Shown here piece after piece: positions 15,291 through 31,141 of a stretch of DNA of 64,000 bases. This DNA comes from Chrysomallon squamiferum (taxonomy: Eukaryota > Animalia > Mollusca), in contig CM022677.1 of assembly GCA_012295275.1 (NCBI GenBank), forward strand, positions 6,510,001 through 6,574,000, given 5' to 3'. The notes beneath the pieces were generated by a model that worked only from the letters and a program-made list of their open reading frames with translations, made no database searches and was not told the origin of the DNA. The first letter of the stretch is position 1. Every line of letters starts with the position of its first letter. The translations under genes and the position numbers were made by a program.

Positions 15291-16519
15291 TATATTTTAT
15301 TGTTCATATAAATGTGTTGTAGATGTTGAGGTTAAGTTAGAAATAGTTAGAAATACTTCTGTTTGTCATCTCTCTCTCTGGTCTCTCTTTTTTTATATTT
15401 GAGATTTGGTTGTTTTCTGACAGCCAAAAAAAGTTATTGTTGTTAGTATAAACTTATTTACATTCGTGTAATACATTTCTTCTTGTTATCTCAGATCACA
15501 GCTTTGTAAAAGCACACAGAGAGATACACACACAAACACACACATTTATATATATATTATGCACGTATGTATCTGTGTATGTATGTTTCTATGTATGTAT
15601 GTAAGTATGTATGTTATTTATATGGTTTTGTACGTTTCAGATACTAATAGGAATACTCTATAAATATTTACAAACACAAGATGTCAAATGTACAATAATA
15701 TTCATAAGTGGAATTACTTCATTATTTATCTTCATTATTTATCTGGGTTCTTCTTTATAATTATTGTCTTTTTTATCTTCTGTTTCAGATACTACTAAAG
15801 GTAATAAACATACACAAATACATTACACACATTACATATACCCACACATATACACATTCAAAGACTATTTGTATCTACTGTTGCAGTTATACTTATCAAA
15901 TAAATATTTTTCCTCAGGTTCTGATGCCAGTGAGATGCACAGTATTACAGTATTCTCGTTAGTGTACACACGCAAACACATCAGTAAAGGACGATGGGGT
16001 ACGAACCATAAATATAATTTAAAAAATAACAAACAAATGTCTGTCAGTGTATCATTCAAACTGTCTGAAATATTATAATAATTTAAAACTATCCTGGACG
16101 AGCCTCCAGTTTGGTACAGTTTTTAACTAATGATTAACAAAACAAAAAGTACAAAAGTCACGTTTTTAATCAGTGTTTGTTTCATTGTGTCAGAGTCTGA
16201 GGTGTTCGCTAGCACGATGAGGTGACACAGCAGTTTTCTCATTCACGTTCAGACAGAATTTACTTAGCCTTACTAAAATAATAAAAAAGTGGTTGGGATT
16301 GGCTAGGTTTTCTTCGGTATGTCTTAGGCTGTTTGTTCTGGTTTGTTCTGGCTATGGGTTGTGTTGGGTATAGGCTGTTTTGCATTTTGTTTGGTTGCAT
16401 CATACACAGTTTGGTGGATGTGCATTGTGTTGGCCATATGATACTTGGAAGTTTTGTATCCACATCTGTGTTTGTTTATGTGTGTGTTTGATAGAGAGAG
16501 AGATCGATGGGTCGATTAT

Positions 16520-16748
16520 TATGATGAAAAATATGTACTACTACGTTCCCTCAGCAAATGAAATGGGTATTTCATACATACATAAATTCATACTTACATA
16601 CATATATAAAGAAGAACACAATTGCTCTGCATGTGCATGTGCATATGTGTCTATATATGTACACACGTCCAAGCACAGAACGTTAATATTCTGAATATAT
16701 TTATTTTTTTCAGGAGGTGTTGTGGTCCTTGTGATTTTTTTGTTTTAA
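16520..16748 (+). pseudogene. 3' remnant of a TNFR-like paralog (stalk exon end plus hydrophobic terminal exon)
   Basis: ...VPSANEM-G|gtattt phase-1 donor at 16567. Acceptor ttttttcag is followed at 16714-16748 by GGVVVLVIFLF*, which resembles the copy A terminal exon (tttttag GAGGAGTTGTGGTGCTT vs ttttcag GAGGTGTTGTGGTCCTT). Confidence 0.5.
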
Positions 16749-17425
16749 ATTCACTGAAAGTTTTAGCAAATATATATATATATATATAGGAAAGAGAAAA
16801 ATAACAAATTGGAATGTTACAGATAATATATCAGTATTAAATTATTTAGTTAAATACTTTGAGACCTTGGAAGCCGACATTCATCTTAATGTAAATTAGT
16901 TTTAATATTTATTATATCTGCATATGTCCAAATTTATCACTATGTATATTTTATTTCTCGCTTTCTTTTTTATTCGTTTCCTCAAAATCTATTTATTTAT
17001 TTTTTATTGTTGTTCTATTTGCTTTTATTATTACTATCATAGTCTGTTTACATTCTATACATATCAGTTCAAATAAACTTCTGGCTTTGTGCAAAAACCA
17101 ACATAGCTATTTACACATATCTTCTTTCGCAATTTCTTAGACTCTGTTATCAGTCTTTTTATCCAGTCTTTTTCTTTGTGTGTGTTTGTGTGTTTTGGTG
17201 TTTGATTATTAATCAGAAATTAACCACATTTCTTGACCAAACAAAAATTTAAACAAGAATAAAATGATGTGTTGTTTGTTTATACAGAGGTGGCCAACAT
17301 TCAAACACTTAATTTAAACTAAATAATTTTAATATTATATAATCTGCATCTTGTCATTTAACTTAACTGTCCATTTAATAATAATAATAATAACTACAAC
17401 AACAACAACAACAATAACAATAATA

Positions 17426-17456
<31 letters not shown>

Positions 17457-19038
17457 TAATCATAACCATAATTATTATATTTGTTATTATTATAATTATT
17501 TTTATCATTATTGCAACTATAGTATTACTACTACTGTTGTTGTTGTTGTTGTTCTTATTATTATTAATATAACTGATATTATTATTATTACTACAGCTTC
17601 TATTTTATCATCGTCATTATTATCATTATTTATATTAGTATTATTATTATCATTATCATCATCATCATTATTATATTATTACCTCTAAATGTACATCAAG
17701 AATTTATACTTCAAGATCACTATTCCTTTTTAATTAGTAATTTTCTTCACTGAAAAGTAAGTTTATTTTCTTTAAACAAATAAAATGTCTTTCAACATTT
17801 CTTTTTATAATTAGGTTAACAAAACAACATTACGAAACACACACACAGACAGAGGTCGATGAAAAAATTATTGCCATTTTTGCTATTGTTGTTCACCTAT
17901 TTATTTAACTGTTAGCAATATTTCATGAATTACGTTTAACATTGTTATAGAAAGTTATTTTACGAATATATTTATTTTATCTAATTATTTATGATTACCA
18001 CTAAATTCTTCTGAACCAAATATTATAAACATGCAGAATTTTGGATTATCTGAGCTATCACTGAAATAAGGATAAAAATATTTTAAAAATTACAACTAGG
18101 TTCATGTAGATTCGTGTCACAGCAGTCTGTTTTTACGAGTTTTTCAGAGTCGCTGGTAAATCTGACTTTTCACCGAGCACGCTGATATTATTATTATTAT
18201 TATTAGTATTAGTAGTAGTAGTATGACTACTATTACTACTACTACTGCTGCTGCTGCTGTTGCTGCTACTACTGCTATTGTTTTTGACCATCATTATTAT
18301 CATTGTTATTATAAGAGTGTTATTATAATTATTATTATCACTGATATTATATTAATTATTATTATTTTAGAATCATTTCTGTCATTTAAGTATTGCTATC
18401 ATCATAACCACCATCATCATCATCATGCTCATTATTATTATCATTACTACTACTATTGTTTCATCATTACTGTCATTAACTAGATGTTATTATTGTTATT
18501 ATCATTATTTATTTATCTCTTTATTATTACTGATATTATCACTATTACCACTGCTATTTTATCATTTATGATTACTATTGTTGCTGTTATCACACTTTAT
18601 TATTATTATAATTATGATCATCATCACGTCATAAACATCATCATCATTAATATCTGAACGTGTATATTCTTAATTTATTTTACACACATTAAAATGTTTC
18701 TTCATTAAAAATAAATGAAAATGTCTTTATTCCTACTATTTAGAACTAAAATAAAATAAAGAATTTATACTTTATGATAACTATTTCTTTTTAATTAGCA
18801 TTTTTCATCACTGAAAAGTTTATTTGTTTTATTTAAACAAATAAAATGTATTTCACTATTTTTTTAAACCTTAGATTTAACAAACATTACGACTTATTTA
18901 ATTGAATCAAAACTTAATATTATTATAATGAGAGAGAGAGAGAGAGATTTGTTATATTTTATTGTTCATATTAATGTATTGTAGATGTTGAGGTTAAGTT
19001 AGAAATAGTTACAAATACTTCTGTTTGTCATTAAACGG

Positions 19039-19092
<54 letters not shown>

Positions 19093-21275
19093 GAGATTTG
19101 GTTGTTTTCTGGCAGCAAAAACAAGTTATTGTTGTTAGTATAAACTGATTTACATTCGTGTAATACATTTCTTTTTGTTATCTCAGATCACAGCTTTGTA
19201 AAAGCAAACAGAGAGAGAGAGACACACACACACATACTCTCACACATTTATATATATAGATGCATGTATGTATGTACGTATGTATATTTATATGTATGTA
19301 TGTATGTAAGTATGTATGTATGTATGTATGTATGTTATTTATATGGTTTTGTACGTTAGTGTTTAAATATGTGTGTGTGTGTGTGTGTGTGTGAAAGTGT
19401 TATTGTCTTAGGCACGTTTGGTTAAACTGCATACAGATTTGGGAACACACTGAAACAGGCAACGGATAATGAGATCACACTCACACGTCACGATATATAT
19501 GTACATATTAACAAATATTTATATATTAATTATTATTTTATCATGAAGCTGTGATTTCTGAGATTAATGAAATATAACAAATCTCTCAGGGCCGTGACAA
19601 CCTTTTTTGCCTCTGTGTGACAGGTCACATATTACTGAGTGTATAAATGTCTTAAGAACATTTAAATGTGGGACATTCTAAACACATCGTTTTTAATATA
19701 GCTTCAAATCAGTTTTTAAGTAAAACCGCCATTAATGAAGCAACAATAATTCAAAATAATGAAACAAACTTATTATAAAACTTAAGACGCTGTATAACGT
19801 TTGCTTCGCTAAACAGAAAAAGACTTCTAACGCTAGTTTCCACTGAATTAGTCACTGCGTGTCTACACGTGTTTTAGTCTGAAATTTTCCTCTCCTATCT
19901 CCCACTCTGTTCGAGTGTTGTCAAGACTTCTGTGTCTACGTACACACTGTGATTCAGTCTCTTTCCACATTTCTATCTGAACTTTTACACATATATTATA
20001 TTACATGATCTTTAATCTATGTAACTGTTTTTTATATTTTATTATTCATAAAAAATATATCTTCTGTTTCAGATACTAATAGGAATACCATATATATATT
20101 AGCAAAAAAAAAAAAAGAAGATGTCAAATGTACAATAAGATACATATGTGGAAAACATTATTTTATTTATTTTATTTTATTTATCTGGGTTCTTCTTTCA
20201 TACACTTATTTATATTTTGTTATTGTGAATACATTTTTGTCTTCTGTTTCAGATACTACAAAAGGTAATAAACATACACAAATACATTACACACATTACA
20301 TATACCCACACATATACACATTCAAAGACTATTTTTATCTACTGTTACAGTTATACTTACTAAATAAATATTTTTCCTCAGATTCTGATGCCAGTGAGAT
20401 GCACATAATTAAAGTAATCTTGTTAGTGTACACACGCAAACACATCAGTACAGGACGATGGGGTACGAACCATAAATATAATTAAAAAATAGCAAACAAA
20501 TGCCTGTCAGTGTATCATTCGAACTCTCTGAAATATTATAATAATTTAAAACTTTTTTACAGTTCTATTTTTGTTGGGTGTAGGTTTGTTTTAGCTACGG
20601 TTTGTGTTAGGTACAGGTTGTTTTGCATATTGGTAATTTGCATACACCTGATGGATATGGGTTGTTTTGGGCATGTTATTTAAGGTATGTGTTATGTTTC
20701 TTTCCTTCTTTTTTTTTGTGTCGGATTCATTGGATACAGATTGTATTGGATATGAGTTGTGTTCGGCTTATTTTCGGAACAGTACATTAGCTCTGTTCAA
20801 ATCATTCTGTTAAATGCATTTTCTCATGTGTCAGAAATGTTGACAGCAAAATAACTTACTCAAAATCGATCCTAATATATTGTTGTAATCCAGTTGAAAA
20901 TTCAAACCTGTTTAGTAGCATTAGAAATAGCTGGGGAAACAGAAATCAAACATTTTTGTTTGTTGTTGTTGTTGTTGTTTTTTTTGTTTTTTTTGTGTTT
21001 GTTTATTTGTTCTTAAATAATTCGTATAGCTGGTTTCAGAATAGAAATACTAAATTTGTATTTGCTTAATTTATTTCAAAATTTAATGAAAACAAATAGT
21101 TAACATTGGTTAAAGTAGGGGTGAGTGTTTTGAAACTTATACACCAGGACGTAGCTAAATAAATAAATAAATAAATAAATCCTAATTATACATATTTATC
21201 TACTTCCCGGGGAAATAATATTAAAAACACTTGGAATTTTTGTATACACTGTGTGTGTGGGGTGTGTGTGTGTGG

Positions 21276-21389
<114 letters not shown>

Positions 21390-22332
21390 ATAAACACATT
21401 GTTATTATTTTCACTAAAGCTGAATTAACTTTACGAGATTAAGGGCGTATTTACACAATGTAGTACACCTGTAATCACAACAACAACAACGACAATAAAT
21501 AACAATAATAATAAACCGATTTTAATATGATTAAGACAATTTAATTTTCTACTTTTTTCTTCTATTCATTAATCATGTTTCTAGTATTGTCAGTGAGAGA
21601 TTATTGCACTGTTATTATGAGGTATTAACGATAGCTGTCGTCATATTATTATCCATGACGTATTATATATATATATATATACACACACAATGTAATATTT
21701 AATATAATTCTATATATTTTTCATTCGTTCAGTTTATTTTATTTATAAGAAAACAGAAGAGCTATTAAAGTGAATTACAAACTTGCTAAATTTAACCTTG
21801 TGACGTAAGTTTGAGAAGGAAAACGACAGTTCTTCTGTAATACGTTATATGAAACAAAGCATGAAATAAATAAATAAATAAATAAACATTTGTGACGTGT
21901 CCATGAATGCTGCAAGTTAATTTCGCACACCACTATTTCGGCCTATGCTACGTAACCAAGCTCACTCATTTTCATGGTAAAACTCGAATGTGGACAATGA
22001 AAGAAACGTGACATTCACAGAAGTAATGTATTCAGTGTAATAACAACGAAACATTTCATAGTAAACGAATGAATCACTGATTGTTAGTGAACATTATTTT
22101 ATTAACGTGAACTCAACAAATTTTTAATCTGCAGTTTAATGGCTTCATTCACTGATAAAGTAATCGAGAAAGATAAATGCGACAACACATCGCCAGACAC
22201 TACTTTTCTCTGACCACTGAGCCACACCCTCCACTCTAACACAAACAATTTTGTACAGAAATGTTATTATGAAAATAACCTAGATTACTGAGTTTTATTT
22301 TATAAGATCTTTCACTAACGACAATAACAACA

Positions 22333-22364
<32 letters not shown>

Positions 22365-22691
22365 TAAATCTTCTTACCTTTGTCTTAGATGCAAAAAAAT
22401 TCTCTTCTATTCGTCTGCAATGTCAGTGAGGACGACTCTGGGTGAGTGGAATATACCAGTTTCAGTAAAGGGGTGGAAGCCTTGAAATTTTCTAGAACAC
22501 TTTTGTTTCTTCTGAGAAAAAAAAATCGTGATAGTTTTAAATGCTTGAGATAAAGTAAACAGCAGTAAAAGTAACAACTACCTTAACATAGTTCGTGTAG
22601 TTCATTAATTTTTTAAATGCGTGGTGCAGTCTATCACACATGTGGTAATAATGACACAGCAACTGGTTTGTAGAAGGTCGGAGAAAGATAA

Positions 22692-22795
22692 TACCGTATA
22701 TACTTGTGTACAAGGCGACCTTATATATAAGTCGATGTGTATTTTAAGACCAAAAATTGCGTCATTTTAGGTATTAATTGTGTATAAGTCGACTG
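22692..22795 (+). mobile_element. Tc2/pogo-like (Tc1/mariner superfamily) terminal fragment
   Basis: TA followed by CCGTATATACTTGTGTACAAGGCGAC, with subterminal TATAAGTCGA repeats typical of CCGTA-ended elements. No partner end seen. Confidence 0.5.
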
Positions 22796-22829
22796 TAGAT
22801 TCCAGGCACCGTCACTACTTTTAGACCAG

Positions 22830-23345
22830 TGTGACAGTGCCATGAAGGCCTACATTGTACGCCTACTGTAACATAACTTGCACGAACATATGTTTGTGTA
22901 ACGTGTAGTGCTGTTACTGATGTTTGTGTAACGTGTAGTGCTGTTACTGATGTGTGTGTAACGTGTAGTGCTGTTACTGATGTGTGTGTAACGTGTAGTG
23001 CTGTTACTGATGTGTGTATAACGTGGTGCTGTTACTGATGTTTGTGTAACGTGTAGTGCTGTTACTGATGTGTGTGTAACGTGTAGTGCTGTTACTGATG
23101 AAAAATGTGTAACTACTACGTTCCCTCAACAAATGAAATGGGTATTTCATACAGACATAAATTCATACTTACATACATATATAAAGAAGAAGAAAATTGC
23201 TCTGCATGTGCATGTGCATATGTGTCTATATATGTACACACGTCCAAGCACAGAACGTTAATAATCTTAATATATTTATTTTTTTCAGGAGGTTTTGTGG
23301 TCCTTGTGATTTTTTGTTTTAAATTCTCTGAAAGTTTTAGCATAT
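22830..23345 (+). pseudogene. Decayed TNFR-like paralog remnant containing a 30-bp tandem array
   Basis: Frameshifted Cys-rich segment (QCDS..., CSAVTDEKC), then VPSTNEM-G|gt, then acceptor and GGFVVLVIFCF from 23289. Duplicate of the 16520 remnant. Confidence 0.4.
22890..23100. repeat. Same 30-bp minisatellite, about 7 units
   Basis: Directly visible; same unit as 3556-4270. Confidence 0.95.
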
Positions 23346-25075
23346 ATATATATATTATATATATATATATATATATAAAGAGAAAAATAACAAATTGGAA
23401 TGTTACAGATAATATATCAGTATTAAATTATTTAGTTAAATACTTTGAGACCTTGGAAGCCGACATTCATCTTAATGTAAATTAGTTTTAATATTTATCA
23501 CTAATATAAATTTATCACTATGTATATTTTATTTCTCGCTTTCTTTTTTATTTGTTTCCTCAAAATCTATTTATTTATTTATTGTTGTTCTATTTGCTTT
23601 TATTATTACTATCATAGTCTGTTTACATTCTATACATATCAGTTCAAATAAACTTCTGGCTTTGTGCAAAAACCAGCATAGCTATTCACACATATCTTCT
23701 TTCGCAATTTCTTAGACTCTGTTATCAGTCTTTTTATCCAGTCTTTTTCTTTGTGTGTGTTTGTGTGTTTTGGTGTTTGATTATTAATCAGAAATTAACC
23801 ACATTTCTTGACCAAACAAAAATTTAAACAAGAATAAAATGATGTGTTGTTTGTTTATACAGAGGTGGCCAACATTCAAACACTTAATTTAAACTAAATA
23901 ATTTTAATATTATATAATCTGCATCTTGTCATTTAACTTAACTGTCCATTTAATAATAATAATAATAACTACAACAACAACAACAACAATAACAATAATA
24001 ATAATAATAATGATAATAATAATAATACTAATAATCATAACCATAATTATTATATTTATTATTATTATAATTATTTTTATCATTACTGCAACTATAGTAT
24101 TACTACTACTGTTTTTAATCACCATTATTAACATTATTATTAGTACTAGTAGTATTAGTTGTATTCTAGTTGTTGTTGTTGTTGTTGTTATTATTATTAT
24201 TATCACTGATATTATTATTATTACTACAGCTTCTATTTTATCATCGTCATTATTATCATTATTTATATTAGTGTTATTATTATCATTAGTATCAACATTA
24301 TTATATTAGTATTTCTAAATGTACATCAAGAATTCATACTTCAAGATCACTATTCCTTTTTAATTAGTAATTATCTTCATTGAAAAGTATATTTATTTTA
24401 TTTAAACAAATAAAATGTCTTTCAACTTTATTTTTTATAATTAGGTTAACAAAACAACATTACGAAACACACACACACACACACAGGTGTGATGAACAGA
24501 TTATTGCCATTTTTGCTATTGTTGTTCACCTATTTATTTAACTGTTAGCAAAATTTCATGAATTACTTTTAACATTGTTATAGAAAGTTCTTTTACGAAT
24601 ATATTTATTTTTTCAATTATTTATGATTATCACCACTAAATTCTTCTGAACCAACATTTGACATTATAAATATTATAAACATGCAGAATTTTGGATTATC
24701 TGAGCTATCACTGAAATAGGGTTAATTACTATTGTTGCTGTTATCATACTTTATTATTATTATAATTATCATCACATGTCATAATCATCATCATCATTAA
24801 TATCTTTAAGTGTATATTCTTAATTTATTTTACACACATTAAAATGTTTGTTCATTAAAAAAAAATGAAAATGTCTTTATTCCTACTCTTTAGAACTAAA
24901 ATAAAATAAAGAATTTATAGTTCATGATCACTATTTCTTTTTAATTAGCATTTTTCATCACTGAAAAGTTTATTTGTTTTATTTAAACAAATAAAATTTA
25001 TTTCAATGTTTTTTAAACCTTAGATTTAACAAACATAACGACTTATTTTATTAAATCAAAACTTAATATTATTAT

Positions 25076-25146
<71 letters not shown>

Positions 25147-27289
25147 ATAAACACATTGTTATTATTTTCACTAAAGCTGAATTAACTTTACGAGATTAAG
25201 GGCGTATTTACACAATGTAGTACACCTGTAATCACAACAACAACAACGACAATAAATAACAATAATAATAAACCGATTTTAATATGATTAAGACAATTTA
25301 ATTTTCTACTTTTTTCTTCTATTCATTAATCATGTTTCTAGTATTGTCAGTGAGAGATTATTGCACTGTTATTATGAGGTATTAACGATAGCTGTCGTCA
25401 TATTATTATCCATGACGTATTATATATATATATATATACACACACAATGTAATATTTAATATAATTCTATATATTTTTCATTCGTTCAGTTTATTTTATT
25501 TATAAGAAAACAGAAGAGCTATTAAAGTGAATTACAAACTTGCTAAATTTAACCTTGTGACGTAAGTTTGAGAAGGAAAACGACAGTTCTTTGTGTGTGT
25601 TTGTATGTTTTGGTGTTTGATTATTAATCAGAAATTAACCACATTTCTTGACCAAACAAAAATTTAAACAAGAATAAAATGATGTGTTGTTTGTTTATAC
25701 AGAGGTGGCCAACATTCAAACACTTAATTTAAACTAAATCATGTTAATATTATATAATCTGCATCTTGTCATTTAACTTAACTGTCCATTTAATAATAAT
25801 AATAATAACTACAACAACAACAACAATAACAATAATAATAATAATAATGATAATAATAATAATAATAATAATAATCATAACCATAATTATTATATTTATT
25901 ATTATTATAATTATTTTTATCATTACTGCATCTATAGTATTACTACTACTGTTTTTAATCACCGTTATTAACATTATTATTAGTACTAGTAGTATTAGTT
26001 GTATTCTAGTTGTTGTTGTTGTTGTTGTTATTGTTATTATTATTATTATCACTGATATTATTATTATTACTACAGCTTCTATTTTATCATCGTCATTATT
26101 ATCATTATTTATATTAGTGTTATTATTATCATTTCCAGTATCATCATTATTATATTAGTATTTCTAAATGTACATCAATAATTCATACTTCAAGATCACT
26201 ATTCCTTTTTAATTAGTAATTATCTTCACTGAAAAGTATATTTATTTTATTTAAACAAATAAAATGTCTTTCAACTTTATTTTTTATAATTAGGTTAACA
26301 AAACAACATTACGAAACACACACACACACACAGGTGTGATGAACAGATTATTGCCATTTTTGCTATTGTTGTTCACCTATTTATTTAACTGTTAGCAAAA
26401 TTTCATGAATTACTTTTAACATTGTTATAGAAAGTTATTTTACGAATATATTTATTTTATTTAATTATTTATGATTACCACAGGAATCTCCACTAAATTC
26501 TTCTGAACCAAGATTTTACATTATAAATATTATAAACATTAAGAATTTTGGATTATCTGAGCTATCACTGAAATAAGGATAAAAAGATAAAAAAAAGTAC
26601 AACTAGGTTCATGTAGATTCGTGTCACAGCAGTCTGTTTTTACGAGTATTTCAGAGTCACTCGTAAATCTGACTTTTCACCGAGTTCGCTGTTATTATTA
26701 TTATTATTATTAGTAGTAGTAGTAGTAGTAGTAGTATGACTGACATTACTACTACTACTACTACTACTGCTGCTGTTGCTACTGCAACTACTACTATTGT
26801 TTTTGATAATAATAATGAGCATCATTATTAGCATTGGTATTATTATTATTATTATATTAATTATTATTAATTTTAGAATCATTCCTGTCATTTAAGTATT
26901 TTTATTATAATCATAACCACCACCATCATCATCATGCTCATTATTATTATCATTACTACTACTATTTTATCATCATTACTGTCATTAACTAGATGTTATT
27001 ATTGTTATTATCATTATTTATTTTTGTATTTATTATTATTATTATTGCTATTATTATTACTGATATTATCACTATTACCACTGCTATTTTATCATTTATG
27101 TATTACTATTGCTATTTCATATCTTTTAGTTACATTTTACTTTTAGATACAAGTTTTCTAGCTTTTATTTACAAGTTATCTTATCCTTTAGAGATACAAG
27201 TTGTCTTATCTTTGAGTTCTTAGTTGTCTTAACTCTTAGCAATTTCCTATCTTTTTGTTACAAGTTGTTTTAGCTTTTACTTAAAAGTT

Positions 27290-27675
27290 TTCTTAACTTT
27301 AGTTACAAGTTGTCTTAACTTCAGTTACAAGTTGTCTTAACTTTTATTTACAAGTTGTTTTAACTTTAGTTACAAGTTGTCTTAACTTTAGTCACAAGTT
27401 GTCTTAACTTTAGTTACAAGTTGTCTTAACTTTTATTTACAAGTTGTCTTAACTTTAGTTACAAGTTGTCTTAACTTTAGTCACAAGTTGTCTTAACTTT
27501 TATTTACAGGAAGTCTTAACTTTAGTTACAAGTTGTCTTAACTTTAGTTACAAGTTGTCTTAACTTTAGTCACAAGTTGTCTTAACTTTTATTTACAAGT
27601 TGTCTTAACTTTAGTCACAAGTTGTCTTAACTTTTAGTTAGAAGTTGTCTTAACTTTAGTCACAAGTTGTCTTCA
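27290..27675. repeat. 22-23-bp minisatellite (ttacaagttgtcttaactttag)n
   Basis: Directly visible, with degenerate units extending left to about 27130. Confidence 0.92.
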
Positions 27676-27822
27676 CATTAGGAGTTTACGCAGGTTCAAC
27701 AAGCATGACTGTTGGTGGTGTGTTGAGAAACGTTTCTACATTATAAAACACCTCTGTTCTAAATGTTATTACTAAAATAACTGCATATGAAACTGGATTA
27801 AGGCAGAATAAACCTCTCATTT

Positions 27823-27895
<73 letters not shown>

Positions 27896-29107
27896 TCACA
27901 TATACCAAATCTTTACTGAATTAATAGTTGTACATGAGACGTGTGCAGAGGAAACTTGAGTGTTTGGGTTGAGTAGATTAAAATACATTTTATTGTTAGT
28001 TTAGAGTAACATGATATCAAGTCTTAAAATTTGTAACAGAGGCAAAACATTATGAAGCAAGCTTCACCGCTAGCTAGGTAGAATGTAAGCAGAGATAAAA
28101 AATACTAAAATGACAACAGGTTGTATTATGTTTCTATATAACAAAAGCTGTCAGTTATATATAGGCACATGCTGAGGTAATTCTTGAAAATTATCTTTTA
28201 CATTAATCTTTGGGGAAAATGTTAACAGTGATTTGCATTGATATGTACAAAATTTAAACAGAAATATGATATTAATAATAAGTAGAACAAAAACAAATGA
28301 ACAAATAAATAAATAAATACTAAATTTTGAAAAAACAAGAAAGAAAAAAGAAAGAAAGCAATAATATATACAGAGTGACAAACTCGAACATAATAATAAT
28401 TATGTACATTAAAAATAATTTACATTAAGATGAATTTCGGCTTGCAAGGTCAAAAAATATTTAACTAAATAATTTAATACCCTTATATATATATTTATAT
28501 ATATGAGTTTTGGTTGTTTTCTGGCAGCAACAAAGTTATTGTTGTATTATAAACTGATTTACATTCGTGTAATACATTTCTTCTTGTCATCTCAGATCAC
28601 AGCTTTGTAAAAGCACACAGAGAGGCACACGCGCACAAACACACTCACACACATTTATATATATATATATATATATCAATAAAATATTCTCAATAAAATA
28701 TATATCAATAAAATATAATCTTAATGTCGAATCTTCACAGCTTTTTAGTTTAGAGCTGTAATATTGTTACAAAAAGGAATCTTAGTACGAATGCATCTAC
28801 TATTGCTATCACTAAGAATTAAATAAAAAATTACATTTTTCATCTAGATGCGCCTTCTCTTCTTTTCAGTCTTTTTCGTCTTTTTGTTCCTGTTGTTATA
28901 TCATCATCATCGACGTTTCGAGGCGCTATTGTTACTGTTTTCGGTTTAAACTGAAGCATACACAATATTTTATTGTATTTTTTTATATTTTGAAATACTA
29001 AAAGAAAGATAACTGTCAAAAGTCAAAGCAGAAATTTGTATTTAATGAATTAATTAAAAAAGCACGTGCACGCTGTCAGTGAAACAAATTGTGTTAGTCT
29101 GTCTCAG

Positions 29108-29347
29108 TATATGCTGCAGTAGATTGATATGCTGCAGTAGATTGATATGCTGCAGTAGATTGATATGCTGCAGTAGATTGATATGCTGCAGTAGATTGAT
29201 ATGCTGCAGTAGATTGATATACTGCAGTAGATTGTTATACTGCAATAGATTGATATACTGCAGTAGATTGATATGCTGCAGTATATTGATATACTGCAGT
29301 AGATTGATATACTGCAGTAGATTGATATACTGCAGTAGATTGATATG
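29108..29347. repeat. 18-bp minisatellite (atatgctgcagtagattg)n
   Basis: Directly visible, about 13 units. Confidence 0.92.
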
Positions 29348-31085
29348 GTGGCAAAACTTTGCTGCTAGGCGTGTCAGTACTTTTATATCTTAGTCATTTT
29401 TACATCGTCACGTGTCACTTCTAAATTTATATTGTTAGATGGTATACTACATTATCATTTTAACAGAAAAGTATATGAATATATATATATATGCTATGTT
29501 GTTGCCTGACAAAGTTATTAATGCAATAGAATTACTTGTGATCCTTTCTGATCAGAGATTATTACTAATGAATATAAAAACATGGCTTCTGTTATTACTA
29601 CTACTGCTAACACACACACACACACACACATTTAAGAATTATAATATAGTAATATTTTCAGCAGTAGTGGCATTAATAGTACTACTATTAGTAGTAGTAG
29701 CTAGTATAGTACAAGTAGTAATAGTATGGAAGAAGTCGAAGTAGTAGTAGTAGTAGTAGTAGTAGGATAGTAGTAATAGGTAGTAGTAGTAGTAGTAGTG
29801 GTAGTAGTAGCAGTAGCAGTTAGCCTCGATACCAAAGATTATATAGATTACAAGATCGTTATCTTTAAAACCAATATATTCACTTAGGTTTTCTTTACTT
29901 ATTTAATTTTTTAATTATGGTAAATGTATTTATTTATGTTAAATTTATTTATTTATTTATCTATTTGTTTATTTACTTATTTATGTATTATAGGCTTTTA
30001 AGCAAAAAGAGAGAATTAGTTTTGGCTGATGGTGTAAGTCAACAAACGGATTACTTCGAAAGTGCTTTTTTTTAATAAATGTTTTTAAAGTGACAGGTTT
30101 GCTACATAGAAATCAGTGTGTTTTCTGTTACATACACAACATATTAGAGTGATAATTAGATGTGTAGCGGAATATTAAATGGTGCTGTGTTCTGTAATTA
30201 ACAAATAGTGTAACAAGAAAAGGCTAAAAGAAAGGTGAGATCCCGCAGGTTTAATACATTGTATCATCTATCACAGATTATTATTTATAACTGCAGTCTT
30301 CTAAAGTCACAATGATTACATTCACAAGTTGAGAATGAAATATATTAATGCGAGTACTGTTGTGTAAATGAATAAACTGAGTTTCAGCTATAATACTGTT
30401 TTATTATTATTATTAGTAGTAGTAGTAGTAGTTCTAAGCTTTGTGATTTTATTTGGTGCATTAACATAAATAAAGAAGGAAAGAAAGAAAAAGTAGGGGC
30501 AAAAAAAAAAAAAACACCGTTTATTTGAAGTTTATGGTCAGTGATTGGCTTGTAATAAGATAAAAAAAATAATAATAATAAAAAAAAAATAAAAAATAAA
30601 AAATAGAAAAAAAGAACCGCATCGATTTATAATCAGTACGTATATTTTATTTTATTTTATTTTATTTATTTTGAATATATTTTTTTTTTTTTTTTTTTTT
30701 TATTTTTATGATTGTACTTTCGGAAAAATGCGGGATGATTGTCGGTTTTAACGGATTTTTTTTATTTTATCTGATGTTTGAAGAAACTTCTAGAGAATTG
30801 GAGTAATCGCATTATCATGCAACAAAAAAGTTGCTTAAAGTATTTCATTTTGTGAAGCAGACAGGTAGTACTATTTATTATTATAGTTGTTAATGGGTTT
30901 GGATTTTGTTTTGGTTTTATTTAAGTATAATTTAAAAGTCACACCACATCGTCATGTTTAGTCTTTAATTTTGTTTTACCAATCACTGTATGATGTATCA
31001 GGAGAAAATTTCGTGTTAAAAGAAACTGAAATGTGTAGCACACACCAAAGTAAACACCACACAACATCTATGAGTCAACAATTTT

Positions 31086-31141
<56 letters not shown>

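Noticed and set aside
22205-22235. tRNA/SINE A-box-like gtggctcagtggtcagag on the minus strand
   Set aside because: No B-box or cloverleaf follows.
22379-22511. Minus-strand segment with good acceptor and gtaaga donor
   Set aside because: Stop codons in all three frames and no recognisable motif.
27290-29347. 22-bp and 18-bp arrays as CRISPR or coding repeats
   Set aside because: Head-to-tail repeats without unique spacers, in a eukaryotic context with no cas genes. The (LICCSR)n reading has no gene structure around it.
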